DNA of 64,000 bases, taken from the NCBI GenBank assembly GCA_016840085.1, contig JAEOTA010000051.1:68548-132547 (forward strand), in the 5' to 3' direction. How positions within the stretch are numbered: position 1 is the first letter of the stretch; each line of letters begins with the position of its first letter. Position numbers and translations under genes: made by a program. Under the pieces are notes generated by a model, which searched no databases, was not told where the DNA came from, and saw nothing but the letters and a program-made list of their open reading frames with translations. Source of the DNA: Promethearchaeota archaeon (GTDB lineage: Archaea; Asgardarchaeota; Lokiarchaeia; Sigyniarchaeales; SOKP01). Shown here in pieces: positions 9,891-20,227 of the stretch.

Positions 9891-12800
9891 ATGGATAAGG
9901 TTGGTTCAGTTTTAGTTGTCGGTGGTGGAATAGCTGGCATTCAAGCCTCAATGGATCTAGCAGATTCGGGATACAAAGTATATTTAGTTGAATCTTCAAT
10001 GAGTATTGGAGGTGTAATGTCTCAATTAGATAAGACATTTCCTACTAATGATTGTGCTATATGTATACTTGCCCCTAAGTTAGTAGCTGCAGGACGACAT
10101 GAAAACATTACATTATTAATTAATACTTCTGTTGAAAAAGTCGAAGGAAAACCAGGTAACTTTTCTGTTGAATTAAAACAAAAAACTCTATTATTGGATC
10201 AAGAAAAATGTACAGGATGCGGTGTTTGTGCTAAAGAGTGTCCTGTAGAAGCAATAGACTTTTTTAATGAAGGTTTATCAAATCGGGCTGCGATATCAGT
10301 AAAATTTCCGCAAGCAGTTCCCTTAGTTTTTTCAATTGATCAAGATTTATGTATTGGTTGTGGTTTTTGTAAGGGTGTTTGTAAAGCTAAGGCAATAGAT
10401 TACACTCTTGAGGATAAGATCACTAATTTAAATGTCGGAGCAATAATCTTGTCACCCGGTTTTGATGAATATGATCCAAAACTTACACAGCAATTTGGCA
10501 ATGGAAAATATTTGAATGTAGTAACAAGTATAGAATTTGAGCGAATATTAAGCGCAAGTGGCCCTCATTCCGGACTTATTCTTAGGCCCTCAGATGGGAT
10601 AATTCCAAGAAAGATTGCTTTCCTACAATGTGTCGGCTCCAGAGATAAGAAGTATGGTGCAGAATATTGTTCATCGGTTTGTTGTATGTATACAGCAAAA
10701 GAGGCTGTAATCGCTAAAGAACATATGGACATCATTGAACCAACAATTTTCTCAATGGATATAAGAGCCGTTGGAAAAGATTTCGATAAATATATAGAAC
10801 GAGCTCAAAATGAGTACGGTGTGAGATACATTCGAAGTAGAATATCAAATATTAAGGAATATAATGACACAAAAGATTTAATACTTTATTTTGAAAATGA
10901 AGATGGAATAGTAGTTAATGAGGTTTTTAATTTAGTAGTTCTAGCAGTAGGAGCATTACCAAACCATAGTACAAAAACCTTAGCAAAAAAATTAAATATA
11001 GAATTGAATGAGTATGATTTTTGTAAGACAATGCCATTTTCTCCGATAGAAACATCGAGAGAAGGTATTTACGTATGTGGCATGTTCTCAGAGCCCAAAG
11101 ATATCCCAGAGACAGTAGTAGAAGCGAGTGCCGCTGCAGGAGCTGTAAATGTGCTTTTATCAGATGTTAGAAACACTTTAATAACAGAAAAAAAGTTACC
11201 AAAAGAGATTGATGTTAGTGGGGAACCACCACGAATTGGAGTTTTTATTTGTCATTGTGGCATTAATATTGGTGGAGTTGTAAACGTTCCTGAGGTTGTT
11301 GAATATGCAAATCAATTACCAGATGTTGTTTATGCTGAAAGAAATTTATACACTTGCTCCGCTGATACACAAACGAATATAAAAGAAAAAATTAAAGAAC
11401 ATAATTTAAATAGAGTAATAGTTGCTTCATGTACACCAAGAACCCATGAACCCTTGTTTCAAGCAACCATAAGAGAGGCTGGATTGAATAAATATCTATT
11501 TGATCTAGCAAACATTCGAGACCAATGCTCATGGGTACATATGCATGAACCTGAAGAAGCTACAGAAAAGGCCAAAGATCTTGTACGAATGGCTGTAGCA
11601 AAATCTCGTCAACTAGTTCCTTTGCAAGAGCAACAAGTAGAAGTTATACATAAAGGATTAGTAATTGGAGGGGGAGTTGCAGGAATGAGTGCGGCCTTAA
11701 ATTTAGCTGATCAAGGTTTTGAAGTATTCTTAGTTGAGAAGAACGATAAATTGGGGGGTTTTTCTAATAATATTTATCAAACAATAGAAAATTATGATGT
11801 TCAAGAACTTCTCAATAATTTAATTGAGAAAGTTAATAATCATAAGCTTATTAATGTGTTTCTCAACGCTAAAATAAATTCTATTGGAGGATATGTTTGT
11901 AATTTTACGACCAAGATTGCTTATGGCGTGGAAAAACAAACTAAAGAAGTTAAACACGGAATTATAATAGTCGCAACAGGTGCGTCTGAATATCATCCAA
12001 AAGACGGAGAATATCTTTTTAGTAAAGATGAAAGAGTTATTTTGCAATCTGAACTAGAAAAAACTCTTTTTACCGATGAAGATAAAATAAAAAAATTAAA
12101 ATCTATAGTTATGATACAATGTGTTGGTTCAAGGAATGAAGAACATCCTTATTGTAGTAGAATATGCTGTATTGAAGCCATTAAAAATGCATTAAAAGCA
12201 AAAGAAATCAATCCGAACCTTAATATCACTATTTTATATAGAGATATTAGAACCTATGGATTTAAAGAAAAATACTATAATTTAGCTAGAGAGAAAGGAA
12301 TCTTATTTATCAGATTCAATGAAGATAAGCCACCAGAAGTGAATATTGAAAATGAAACATTAGTCGTAAGCTTAAATAAACCTGATATTGGAAATATTAA
12401 TATAGAAACAAATTTAGTGGCTTTAAGTGCTGGTATAGTAGCTGATGGAGAATCAAATGAAAGTTTAGCGAAGATGCTAAAAGTTCCTATAAATGAAGAT
12501 AATTTCTTTTTAGAAGCTCATGTTAAACTAAGACCTTCAGATTTTGCAACTGATGGAATCTTTTTATGTGGTACAGCTCGTGGAACTGCCACAATTAGTG
12601 AAATTATTGCTCAAGCAATGTCAGCTGCTTCTAGAGCGACAACGATTTTATCTAAAGATATTTTAGTGACTGAAGGTATTATTGCTAAAGTTGATCCCGC
12701 TTTATGCATTGGATGTAATAGATGTGCTGAAGTGTGTAATTATGGTGCAGTTGGTGTAAAATATGAGGAAGGTCTAATGGTTTCTGAAGTAAATCCTTTA

Positions 12801-13352
12801 CTTTGTAAAGGTTGTGGAGATTGCGCAGCTGAATGTCCCGCAGAGGCTATAACATTGAGTCATTTTGGACGTATTCAAATTGAACCTATGATAACAGAAG
12901 CCGCTAAAATTGAAATTTCTGATGGGCAACCTAAAATTGTGGCGTTTCTCTGTAATTGGTGTAGTTACGCTGGCGCAGATTTAGCTGGTGTGAGTCGTTA
13001 TCAATATCCTCCAAATATAAGAACTATACGAGTTATGTGTTCTGGTGGCATTCCTAAAAGTTTTATATATCAAGCCTTTTTAAATGGCGCTGATGGTGTC
13101 TTCATTGGTGGATGTCATCTTGGCGATTGCCACTATATTGCTGGAAATCAGGATACTTTAAGAAGAACTAATGAAATTGAAAAAACACTAGGATCTCTCG
13201 GTATTCATCCAGAAAGATTTCTGCGAAAGTGGATTTCTGCGAGTGAAGGAAAGCTTTTCGCTCAAACTATTACTGAGTTTACCGAAAAAGTGAAAGAATT
13301 AGGTCCTATTGAAAATGATTATAAAAAAAAAGAGGTAATAATAACAAAATAA
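9891..13352 (+). CDS. hdrA: Large HdrA with two FAD modules fused to C-terminal MvhD
   Basis: Two GGGxAG motifs, several ferredoxin motifs, C-terminal FLCNWCSY...GCHLGDCHY. Confidence 0.92.
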   Translation: MDKVGSVLVVGGGIAGIQASMDLADSGYKVYLVESSMSIGGVMSQLDKTFPTNDCAICILAPKLVAAGRHENITLLINTSVEKVEGKPGNFSVELKQKTLLLDQEKCTGCGVCAKECPVEAIDFFNEGLSNRAAISVKFPQAVPLVFSIDQDLCIGCGFCKGVCKAKAIDYTLEDKITNLNVGAIILSPGFDEYDPKLTQQFGNGKYLNVVTSIEFERILSASGPHSGLILRPSDGIIPRKIAFLQCVGSRDKKYGAEYCSSVCCMYTAKEAVIAKEHMDIIEPTIFSMDIRAVGKDFDKYIERAQNEYGVRYIRSRISNIKEYNDTKDLILYFENEDGIVVNEVFNLVVLAVGALPNHSTKTLAKKLNIELNEYDFCKTMPFSPIETSREGIYVCGMFSEPKDIPETVVEASAAAGAVNVLLSDVRNTLITEKKLPKEIDVSGEPPRIGVFICHCGINIGGVVNVPEVVEYANQLPDVVYAERNLYTCSADTQTNIKEKIKEHNLNRVIVASCTPRTHEPLFQATIREAGLNKYLFDLANIRDQCSWVHMHEPEEATEKAKDLVRMAVAKSRQLVPLQEQQVEVIHKGLVIGGGVAGMSAALNLADQGFEVFLVEKNDKLGGFSNNIYQTIENYDVQELLNNLIEKVNNHKLINVFLNAKINSIGGYVCNFTTKIAYGVEKQTKEVKHGIIIVATGASEYHPKDGEYLFSKDERVILQSELEKTLFTDEDKIKKLKSIVMIQCVGSRNEEHPYCSRICCIEAIKNALKAKEINPNLNITILYRDIRTYGFKEKYYNLAREKGILFIRFNEDKPPEVNIENETLVVSLNKPDIGNINIETNLVALSAGIVADGESNESLAKMLKVPINEDNFFLEAHVKLRPSDFATDGIFLCGTARGTATISEIIAQAMSAASRATTILSKDILVTEGIIAKVDPALCIGCNRCAEVCNYGAVGVKYEEGLMVSEVNPLLCKGCGDCAAECPAEAITLSHFGRIQIEPMITEAAKIEISDGQPKIVAFLCNWCSYAGADLAGVSRYQYPPNIRTIRVMCSGGIPKSFIYQAFLNGADGVFIGGCHLGDCHYIAGNQDTLRRTNEIEKTLGSLGIHPERFLRKWISASEGKLFAQTITEFTEKVKELGPIENDYKKKEVIITK

Positions 13353-13388
13353 TTATTTTATCAAGTTCAAAAATTAGGAGTTTTTTAA

Positions 13389-14087
13389 ATGATAATTACT
13401 AAACAAAAAGATATTGAAGAAATTTATGATATGATCAAACCGTATTCGAAACTTTTAGTTGCAGGGTGTGATGGTTGTTGTCAACCTCCACGTTCTATTA
13501 ATGAAGCCAAAGTTCTAGCACAGATGCTCGAATTGAAAGCAAGGAGTGAAGGCAAAGAATTAAAGTGGAGAGCTATCACTGTTTTAAGGCAGTGTGATGA
13601 TAGGATTGCAGCTACAACAATAAGACCATTTGTTGAAGAATATGATGCAATTGTCTCATTGGCATGTGGTTTAGGAGTGGGTATGTTGAATAGAATATTC
13701 CCTAATATTCTAACTTTTCCAGCACAAGACAGTATGTTTGGAGGTGCAGAGATTAACGGAGAAAATTATTTTGCCGAATATTGTGAGACTTGCGGTGAAT
13801 GTTTATTAGGAGTTACAGGTGGCATTTGTCCTATGGCTGGTTGTGCTAAAAACTTGAGTAATGGCCCTTGTGGTGGTCAAGTTGAAGGCAAGTGTGAAGT
13901 AGGAGGGTATATACATGATTGTGCGTGGGTAAAAATATGGGAACGACTAAAGAAATTTAATAGGCTTGATTTATTCACAAAATATAGACCTCCACGGAAT
14001 TATCAATTATGGTCAAGTCCACGATTTATTCATATCTATGAATCTATTTCAAATGAGGTAGAATCCAAAAAGGAGGAAGAAGCATAG
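13389..14087 (+). CDS. metV: Methylene-tetrahydrofolate reductase small subunit MetV
   Basis: CETCGECLLGVTGGICPMAGCAKNLSNGPCGG...KCEV...CAW signature; precedes metF. Confidence 0.9.
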   Translation: MIITKQKDIEEIYDMIKPYSKLLVAGCDGCCQPPRSINEAKVLAQMLELKARSEGKELKWRAITVLRQCDDRIAATTIRPFVEEYDAIVSLACGLGVGMLNRIFPNILTFPAQDSMFGGAEINGENYFAEYCETCGECLLGVTGGICPMAGCAKNLSNGPCGGQVEGKCEVGGYIHDCAWVKIWERLKKFNRLDLFTKYRPPRNYQLWSSPRFIHIYESISNEVESKKEEEA

Positions 14088-14088
14088 A

Positions 14089-15021
14089 ATGGCTAATAGA
14101 CCCGCATTTAGTAATTTAGTAAAAACAATTAGAGAAGGGAAGTTTGTATTCACTGGTGAATTAGAACCTGAGAAGGATTTTGATTTAAGCCATGTGCTTC
14201 ATTCTGCAGAAGAAATGAAAAAAACTGGAAAAATAGTTGCTGCTAATGTCACCGATGGACCACAAGGAGATGCTTACACATGTTCAATGGTTCCTTGCTA
14301 TTTAGTTCAAGAAAAAGTTGGACTAGAAGCTATCTGGCAGATGACCGTTAGAGATAGAAATCGAATTGCTTTATTTGGTGATATCTTGGGTGGAGCAATT
14401 CTCGGGCTTAAAAATTTACTTGCTTTAACCGGTGATCATTCTGCTCTTGGCGATCATAAAAATGCTAGACCTGTATATGATTTAGATTCTACTCAATTGA
14501 TAGACCTTGTTTCGAAGATGGTTGATGAAGGAACAGATCTAGAAGGAAATGAAATAGGAGGTGGAAAACTTGAAATAAACGTGGGGTGTGCTGCAAATCC
14601 GAATTCAAACCCACGAGAACCTGAAATTTTAAAAGTTGGTAGAAAAGTAGAAGTAGGCGCAGATTTCATTCAAACTCAAACTTCATTTGATATTGACGAT
14701 GCTAAAGAATTTTTAAAAGAATTAGAGAGATTCAATATTCCGGTCTTACTTGGTTTATTCCCTATTAAAAATTATGGAATTGCGTGGTACTTTAATGAAT
14801 ATATCCCAGGTGTTTCAGTTCCTAAGAATTTTCTAGATTCTTTAAAAGCAACCAAAAAGATTAAAGACAAAAAAGAGAAATACGCTAAAATTGACGAAAT
14901 AAATTTAGGATTTTTTGAGCCATTTATCAAAGAAATTAAGAAAACTACCAAAGCTGCTGGTATTCACTGCATGGCAGTTCACTATGAAAGATTGTTTAAT
15001 CCACTCCTCAAAGATTTCTAA
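14089..15021 (+). CDS. metF: Methylene-tetrahydrofolate reductase MetF
   Basis: GELEP, ANVTD, TVRDRNR, LALTGDH, GADFIQTQ and GIHCM motifs. Confidence 0.92.
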   Translation: MANRPAFSNLVKTIREGKFVFTGELEPEKDFDLSHVLHSAEEMKKTGKIVAANVTDGPQGDAYTCSMVPCYLVQEKVGLEAIWQMTVRDRNRIALFGDILGGAILGLKNLLALTGDHSALGDHKNARPVYDLDSTQLIDLVSKMVDEGTDLEGNEIGGGKLEINVGCAANPNSNPREPEILKVGRKVEVGADFIQTQTSFDIDDAKEFLKELERFNIPVLLGLFPIKNYGIAWYFNEYIPGVSVPKNFLDSLKATKKIKDKKEKYAKIDEINLGFFEPFIKEIKKTTKAAGIHCMAVHYERLFNPLLKDF

Positions 15022-15105
15022 TATTAAATATAAAAAATTAATAAAATTTGATTTTTTGAAAATTAAATTAAATTTTTTTATAAATTAAGAAAAAAAACAA
15101 GAGGG

Positions 15106-15579
15106 TTGATAATGAAAAACCTTGATGAAAAAGATAAAAGAATACTTGAAATGCTTCTTGAGGATTCAAGACGACCATATCATGAGATAGCAGCAGACCC
15201 AAAGGTAAAATTATCTGAATCTACTGTAAGAAAAAGAGTTATCAAGCTACAAGACGAAGGCGTAATTGAGAAATTTACTGTAAAGATCTGTCGCGAAGAT
15301 GAAAGATGTATTATTGCTTTCATTACCCTTATTCCAAAAACCCTAGCTGAGACAAAAGAATTATTGAGAGAAGCACAAATCCTTCCTCAATGTGAAGAAG
15401 TGTATTTCCTCGCCGGAGAATGTGGAGTTTTAGTAAAGGTTAATATTCCAGAAATAGTTGAATTAGATGCATTAATAGAGTCATTTCGTGCTCGAGCCGA
15501 TGTAAAAAGTGTTGAGAGGGTATGTGTCGTTTTAAGACCTATAAAAACTGTTTCACAATCTGAAAGTCGAATTTTATAA
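15106..15579 (+). CDS. Lrp/AsnC family transcriptional regulator
   Basis: LDEKDKRIL..L..DSR...LSESTVRKRVIKL HTH plus a RAM-like domain. Confidence 0.9.
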   Translation: MIMKNLDEKDKRILEMLLEDSRRPYHEIAADPKVKLSESTVRKRVIKLQDEGVIEKFTVKICREDERCIIAFITLIPKTLAETKELLREAQILPQCEEVYFLAGECGVLVKVNIPEIVELDALIESFRARADVKSVERVCVVLRPIKTVSQSESRIL

Positions 15580-15673
15580 TATTCTATTCTAACTATCTCT
15601 ATGATAAATTAAAGTAGGTATATTTAAAAAGAAAATAATTAAGGTAATTGATCAGAAAATCATCTAAAACAAG

Positions 15674-16264
15674 TTATTTTTTCATAGCATTTGTAAAGAC
15701 CATCTCATCACTGATTACATGCCAAGTTCTCCAACCATTTGCGATTTTTTCTTTAGCTTCTTTTATGAACGCATTATAGCCAATCTCACGACATCTTTTC
15801 AAATTTTCACAAGTATTTTTACTATATCTCGTGCAAATCATTTTAGTCATTTGTCCAGGATCAGCCATAGGTACTGGAGCAGATTTCTCATGAGAGCATG
15901 GCATTTCTGTCGTAGGATCGTAATCTTCACATTCAGCACAAGTCCAGTATCCTTTAGATTTGACACATTTCGCTATACCGCAAAATTGAGCAGCAAATCC
16001 TCCTGTAAAACATCCAGGACACTTTCCTCTATCAGCTTTTTCAATATATTGATTCAATGTTTCCAAAGTCATTTTTATCTCATTAGGATTTAATCCAATA
16101 GCCATACTGTTATCTATTAAGTTTCCTCCTTCCCAAATACTCTTAAGTTTTCTTGCTGCTTCTAAACCTTCTCCAGTATATGTATCGCATCCTAAACAAA
16201 TAATCCCACAAGGAGCGAGTATGCCTCTTTCTTCTTCTTTAACATCTTTTAATTCTAATTTCAA
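15674..16264 (-). CDS. DUF3795-like Cys-rich protein
   Basis: APCGIICLGC, CPGC, CGIAKCV, CAEC, and NLKRCREIG motifs. Confidence 0.75.
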   Translation of the reverse strand: MKLELKDVKEEERGILAPCGIICLGCDTYTGEGLEAARKLKSIWEGGNLIDNSMAIGLNPNEIKMTLETLNQYIEKADRGKCPGCFTGGFAAQFCGIAKCVKSKGYWTCAECEDYDPTTEMPCSHEKSAPVPMADPGQMTKMICTRYSKNTCENLKRCREIGYNAFIKEAKEKIANGWRTWHVISDEMVFTNAMKK

Positions 16265-16502
16265 ATTTCATCCACCAAATTTTTTATTCATACCTTGAAT
16301 AATACATTAAACCATACTTTTTTTATAAACACATAGTCTCTAATAAATTCAATTTGAAAGCATTTTTTAATAAAAATATATCTTTTATATCAGTTTTTTT
16401 ATATTGCAAAATATCATTAAATCTGTTAATTCAGAAAATTTAATTATAAAATAATTAGATCCAATATAATTACTAAATAAAATAGATTGAATTGGAACAA
16501 GT

Positions 16503-17411
16503 ATGAAATTAGTATGCGACAATGTTTATGTAGTTAAACCTTATGATCCTCATGCTGATGATTGTTGTGTTTATATGATTGATACAAAAAGTGAGGATGG
16601 TTTAGTATTAATTGATGTTGGGCTTAATATAGAACCAATTCAAGTTATTGAGAAAGAAGGTTTTTATTTAAAGGATATAAAACATTGTCTTATAACTCAT
16701 GGTCATTTGGACCATTTTGGTGCTTGTTTTAAATTAAAAAAATTCAATGCGAATATCAATTTTTACGCACATGAACTTGATGCTGACCAAATTGAGCAAA
16801 AACCAACCGGCCAATATATTGAACAATATTATGGAGATTACAAATATCAACCTGTTAAATTAGCAAAAAGAATTAAGTCTGATAATGAAATTCTAAAATT
16901 CGGGAAATCTCAATTCCAATGTATTCACATTCCAGGACATACTCCAGGATCAGTAGCTTATCTTCTTGAAATAAGGAAAAAAAAGATTCTTTTTGGTGGA
17001 GATCTTCCTGGTGTAGTTTTAAATTTTCGTGGCGATAATTTAGAAGAGTATCTCAAATCAATGCAAAAACTACTCCATTTCAATATCGATATACTATGCG
17101 AAGGACATGAAGATATTATAGAACCAGCAAAAAAAGTGAAGAAATTTATTAAAAAATACATGAACCTTAATGAAATGCTTAATTTATTTTTGGAAGAACC
17201 TAATAATATGGAAATTTTGCTTGATTTAACGTTTATATCATGTGAACTCGAATTTTTTGATAATGCCCTTGATTTTTGTAATTACTTATTAGAAATTGAA
17301 CCTGATAATGTTAATGGTCAAGAGTTATTAAAAAAAATTTTAAAGCAAAATCCTCAAAAAATTGATTGGATTAAAAGTCTCATTAATGAGAGCATTAAAA
17401 AAGAAAAATAA
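16503..17411 (+). CDS. Metallo-beta-lactamase-fold hydrolase with TPR-like tail
   Basis: THGHLDH, PGHTPGS, FGGD and EGH motifs. Confidence 0.88.
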   Translation: MKLVCDNVYVVKPYDPHADDCCVYMIDTKSEDGLVLIDVGLNIEPIQVIEKEGFYLKDIKHCLITHGHLDHFGACFKLKKFNANINFYAHELDADQIEQKPTGQYIEQYYGDYKYQPVKLAKRIKSDNEILKFGKSQFQCIHIPGHTPGSVAYLLEIRKKKILFGGDLPGVVLNFRGDNLEEYLKSMQKLLHFNIDILCEGHEDIIEPAKKVKKFIKKYMNLNEMLNLFLEEPNNMEILLDLTFISCELEFFDNALDFCNYLLEIEPDNVNGQELLKKILKQNPQKIDWIKSLINESIKKEK

Positions 17412-17443
17412 TTGCTTCTATCTAAAGATAATTTTATACTATA

Positions 17444-17599
17444 AGTGAAATTTTTGAGGATTACGAAAAATTGAAAACTCAGGAAGAACTTCATGATGAT
17501 GCCTACATAAAGAATTTCCAAGCTATATTAAAAATGGGACTGGATAATTGGGTAAGAAAAGGAAAACGTTATTGGTTTGGAAGCGATCTAGACAACTAA
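17444..17599 (+). pseudogene. Orphan 3' end of a probable DUF3795-like gene
   Basis: Hand translation SEIFEDYEKLKTQEELHDDAYIKNFQAILKMGLDNWVRKGKRYWFGSDLDN* with no 5' part. Confidence 0.5.
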
Positions 17600-17607
17600 C
17601 TTTCTAA

Positions 17608-18201
17608 TTAATTAACAGCCGAAAGTAATTTGTATTTGTAATATTTACCTAAAATTAATCTTAAGATGTCTTCAAAACATTCTAGGATTCCATTTCCGTT
17701 GATTGCTGCTGTATATCTTGAATCCACGTTTTTATATTTATGATACTCAATTTCTCTTAAAAATTCGGTAGGATTAAATTTATCCAATAAATCTTGTTTA
17801 TTAAAAGCCAGTATAATCGGTATATCCTCAATAGATTCTTGGAAATATGTGAAAAGTTCTTTCCATGATGCTAAATTTCGACTATAAACTTCTTTATGAG
17901 AATCCAATACAAATATTATACCATCAACTGCCCGTAAAGTAATTGGTCTGGTTATAATATAAAAATCTTGACCGGTTGTAGTATAAATATGAATTTTAAG
18001 GCGCCATTCTTCATTTTGAAATGTAACGGTTCCATAATCAAAAAATAACGTCCTATTTACAGTACTCTCGATGCTATATAGATCCTCCCCCTTACCTAAA
18101 TGGGAAAATAACGCCTTGATTGATGTCGTCTTGCCTGAAAAAGCGGGTCCAAAATATACAATTTTTATGCTAATAGTCTTATCAACAAAATCTACTATCA
18201 T
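17608..18201 (-). CDS. MglA-like small GTPase
   Basis: KIVYFGPAFSGKTT, RTLFFDY, YTTTGQ, VDGIIFVLDS and NKQD motifs. Confidence 0.9.
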   Translation of the reverse strand: MIVDFVDKTISIKIVYFGPAFSGKTTSIKALFSHLGKGEDLYSIESTVNRTLFFDYGTVTFQNEEWRLKIHIYTTTGQDFYIITRPITLRAVDGIIFVLDSHKEVYSRNLASWKELFTYFQESIEDIPIILAFNKQDLLDKFNPTEFLREIEYHKYKNVDSRYTAAINGNGILECFEDILRLILGKYYKYKLLSAVN

Positions 18202-18373
18202 ATTGATTAATTTAAACCTAGATTTTTAAAAGGCAATGTTTTAGAGAAATTAGTCATAAAAATGAGATCAAAATTTAAATATTTTTGTACTCTAAATATT
18301 ATCCATTTCAGTAAGGTTAATATGTGGATAATGGAGAAAAATCTGTAATTCTAACGTTTGAGGAGTTTTATAT

Positions 18374-18810
18374 TTAATTTTCCCTTTTAAAATTTGGAAA
18401 TATATATACAACGAGCACATTAAATAAAAGTAATATTGGAATTGAAATTACAATTGGCATAAGATTGTCCCTTTCTGAGTTAAGTATTAGCGCTTCTGGA
18501 ATTGAGATAATTAAGGGGATTACCTTATTAATTATTCCCACAATAATAATCTTCTTTTTTGATACTTTTTCTTGAAGAAACCTGAAGACGTAGTAAACAA
18601 CAACAATTTGAAATATATAAAATTGAACATAATATCTCAATGGAGATAGATATCTGAAAGAGTAATAAGTTGAATATTCCTAAATCATTGCTGTTATAGA
18701 ATTAGGATCAGGACCTAAATCTATATGATATCCATAAGGTGCTAAAAAAACTATTATGATTAATTAAATTCCTAAAATGATTATTACAAATTTTTTTTAT
18801 CAAATACCAT
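18374..18810 (-). pseudogene. Decayed membrane protein gene
   Basis: ATG at 18810, frameshift near the run at 18791-18798, in-frame TAA (18764-18766) and TAG (18680-18682) upstream of the residual ORF. Confidence 0.65.
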
Positions 18811-18906
18811 GTTTATGATTCCTACTTTCTAAGTAAGGGCAATTTATTCAACTAACTTTCAATTTAAGGAAATTTGAATTATATTAGATAAGAATTTTTG
18901 AAAAAT

Positions 18907-19284
18907 TCATTTCAAAACGGCGCGAGCCTTGTCTAAGTTGTCAACTCCGATCACTATTCTGTTATTCTCAGCAAAATATATTAAATCAATATTAACGCCA
19001 GCACTACCAATTTTACGAGCCATGTTTCCTCCTGTACCTGGTTTTCCCACAATATTGCCAATATCTATAACTAAAACGTCCCGTACAGCCCGTACTTCAT
19101 AACCAGCTTCTTCGAGTATGTAGCGAGTGGTAGTTTCCTCTTCCACGAGAATATGTATTATAGCTTCACCTTTCGAGGGAAATCCACATATTCCTTCCAT
19201 ATTAATGCCATTTTTGCCTAATAGTTCGCCCATATCAGCTAACTTACCTGGACGATTTTCCAAAACAACAGTTAAATCTTTCAT
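18907..19284 (-). CDS. Tandem ACT-domain protein
   Basis: LENRPGKLA..LGKNGINM and KPGTGG..ARKIGSAGVNIDLIY; GGAGG SD. Confidence 0.88.
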   Translation of the reverse strand: MKDLTVVLENRPGKLADMGELLGKNGINMEGICGFPSKGEAIIHILVEEETTTRYILEEAGYEVRAVRDVLVIDIGNIVGKPGTGGNMARKIGSAGVNIDLIYFAENNRIVIGVDNLDKARAVLK

Positions 19285-19506
19285 TATTTTATTCCTCCTA
19301 TTTTATTTTTTTTTAATGTTCAATACTAATTACTAACATTAAAGTAAAATTTATTTAATAATTATATTCTTATGGATTATTATGCTAAAATGTCTATTTT
19401 ACTAGGTAAATATTAAGCACATAATGCTGAATTAAGAAAATTTGAGACTCTTAATGATTTAAATCTATATCCCAATGAATTCAAGTAATCGTAGAATAGT
19501 TATTAG

Positions 19507-20220
19507 TTGGAATTAATTATGAATAAAGATAATATTAGAGATCATTGGAATTTAACTGCTTTAGAATATCAGAAAAAGCGTCAAATTTCATATAATGATA
19601 TTGAATATGCAGACGGATACGCAAAAGAATCTGAGCTTAACTTATTAGGTGATGTTAAGGGAAAGAAAGTGATTGAACTTGGATGTGGTGGTGCTGAAAA
19701 TTCTATAATACTTGCGAAACAAGGAGCTAAATGTACTGGAGTGGATTTATCCATTGAACAATTAAAATATGCCCGAAATTCAGCAGAAAAGCATGGCATT
19801 GATATTGAATTAATTGAAGGTGATTTTGAGAACCTATTTATGCTTGGTAATAAACGTTTTGACATTGCGTTATCTATATTCGCTTTAGATTGGGCGCAAG
19901 ACTTAAAGGTTGCTTTTAAAGAGGTTTACAGAATTTTAAGAGATAAAGGCATATTTGTTTTTAGTATGCAACATCCAACTTGGAATCTTTTAGGTGAGAA
20001 TCCATCGGAGCTTAAAATAACTGAAAATTATTTTAAAGAAATATGGGAATGGGAGGAATCAACAGGAATTCCTGTTAAAGTTCATGCTTCTAAAATTAGC
20101 GATATCATAAATCAGTTAATTCATACAGGCTTTAGTATAGAAAGAATGCTTGAACCTTCTTCAGATATAATAAAATTTGTACCCTCGACTATTATTTTTA
20201 AAGTAATAAGAAGATCATAA
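19507..20220 (+). CDS. Class I SAM-dependent methyltransferase
   Basis: VIELGCGGA, GVDLS and YRILRDKGIF motifs. Confidence 0.9.
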   Translation: MELIMNKDNIRDHWNLTALEYQKKRQISYNDIEYADGYAKESELNLLGDVKGKKVIELGCGGAENSIILAKQGAKCTGVDLSIEQLKYARNSAEKHGIDIELIEGDFENLFMLGNKRFDIALSIFALDWAQDLKVAFKEVYRILRDKGIFVFSMQHPTWNLLGENPSELKITENYFKEIWEWEESTGIPVKVHASKISDIINQLIHTGFSIERMLEPSSDIIKFVPSTIIFKVIRRS

Positions 20221-20227
20221 TCTAAAA

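Noticed and set aside
4749-13352. Selenocysteine recoding in HdrA or MvhD
   Set aside because: All ORFs are uninterrupted and have Cys at the motif positions; no in-frame TGA
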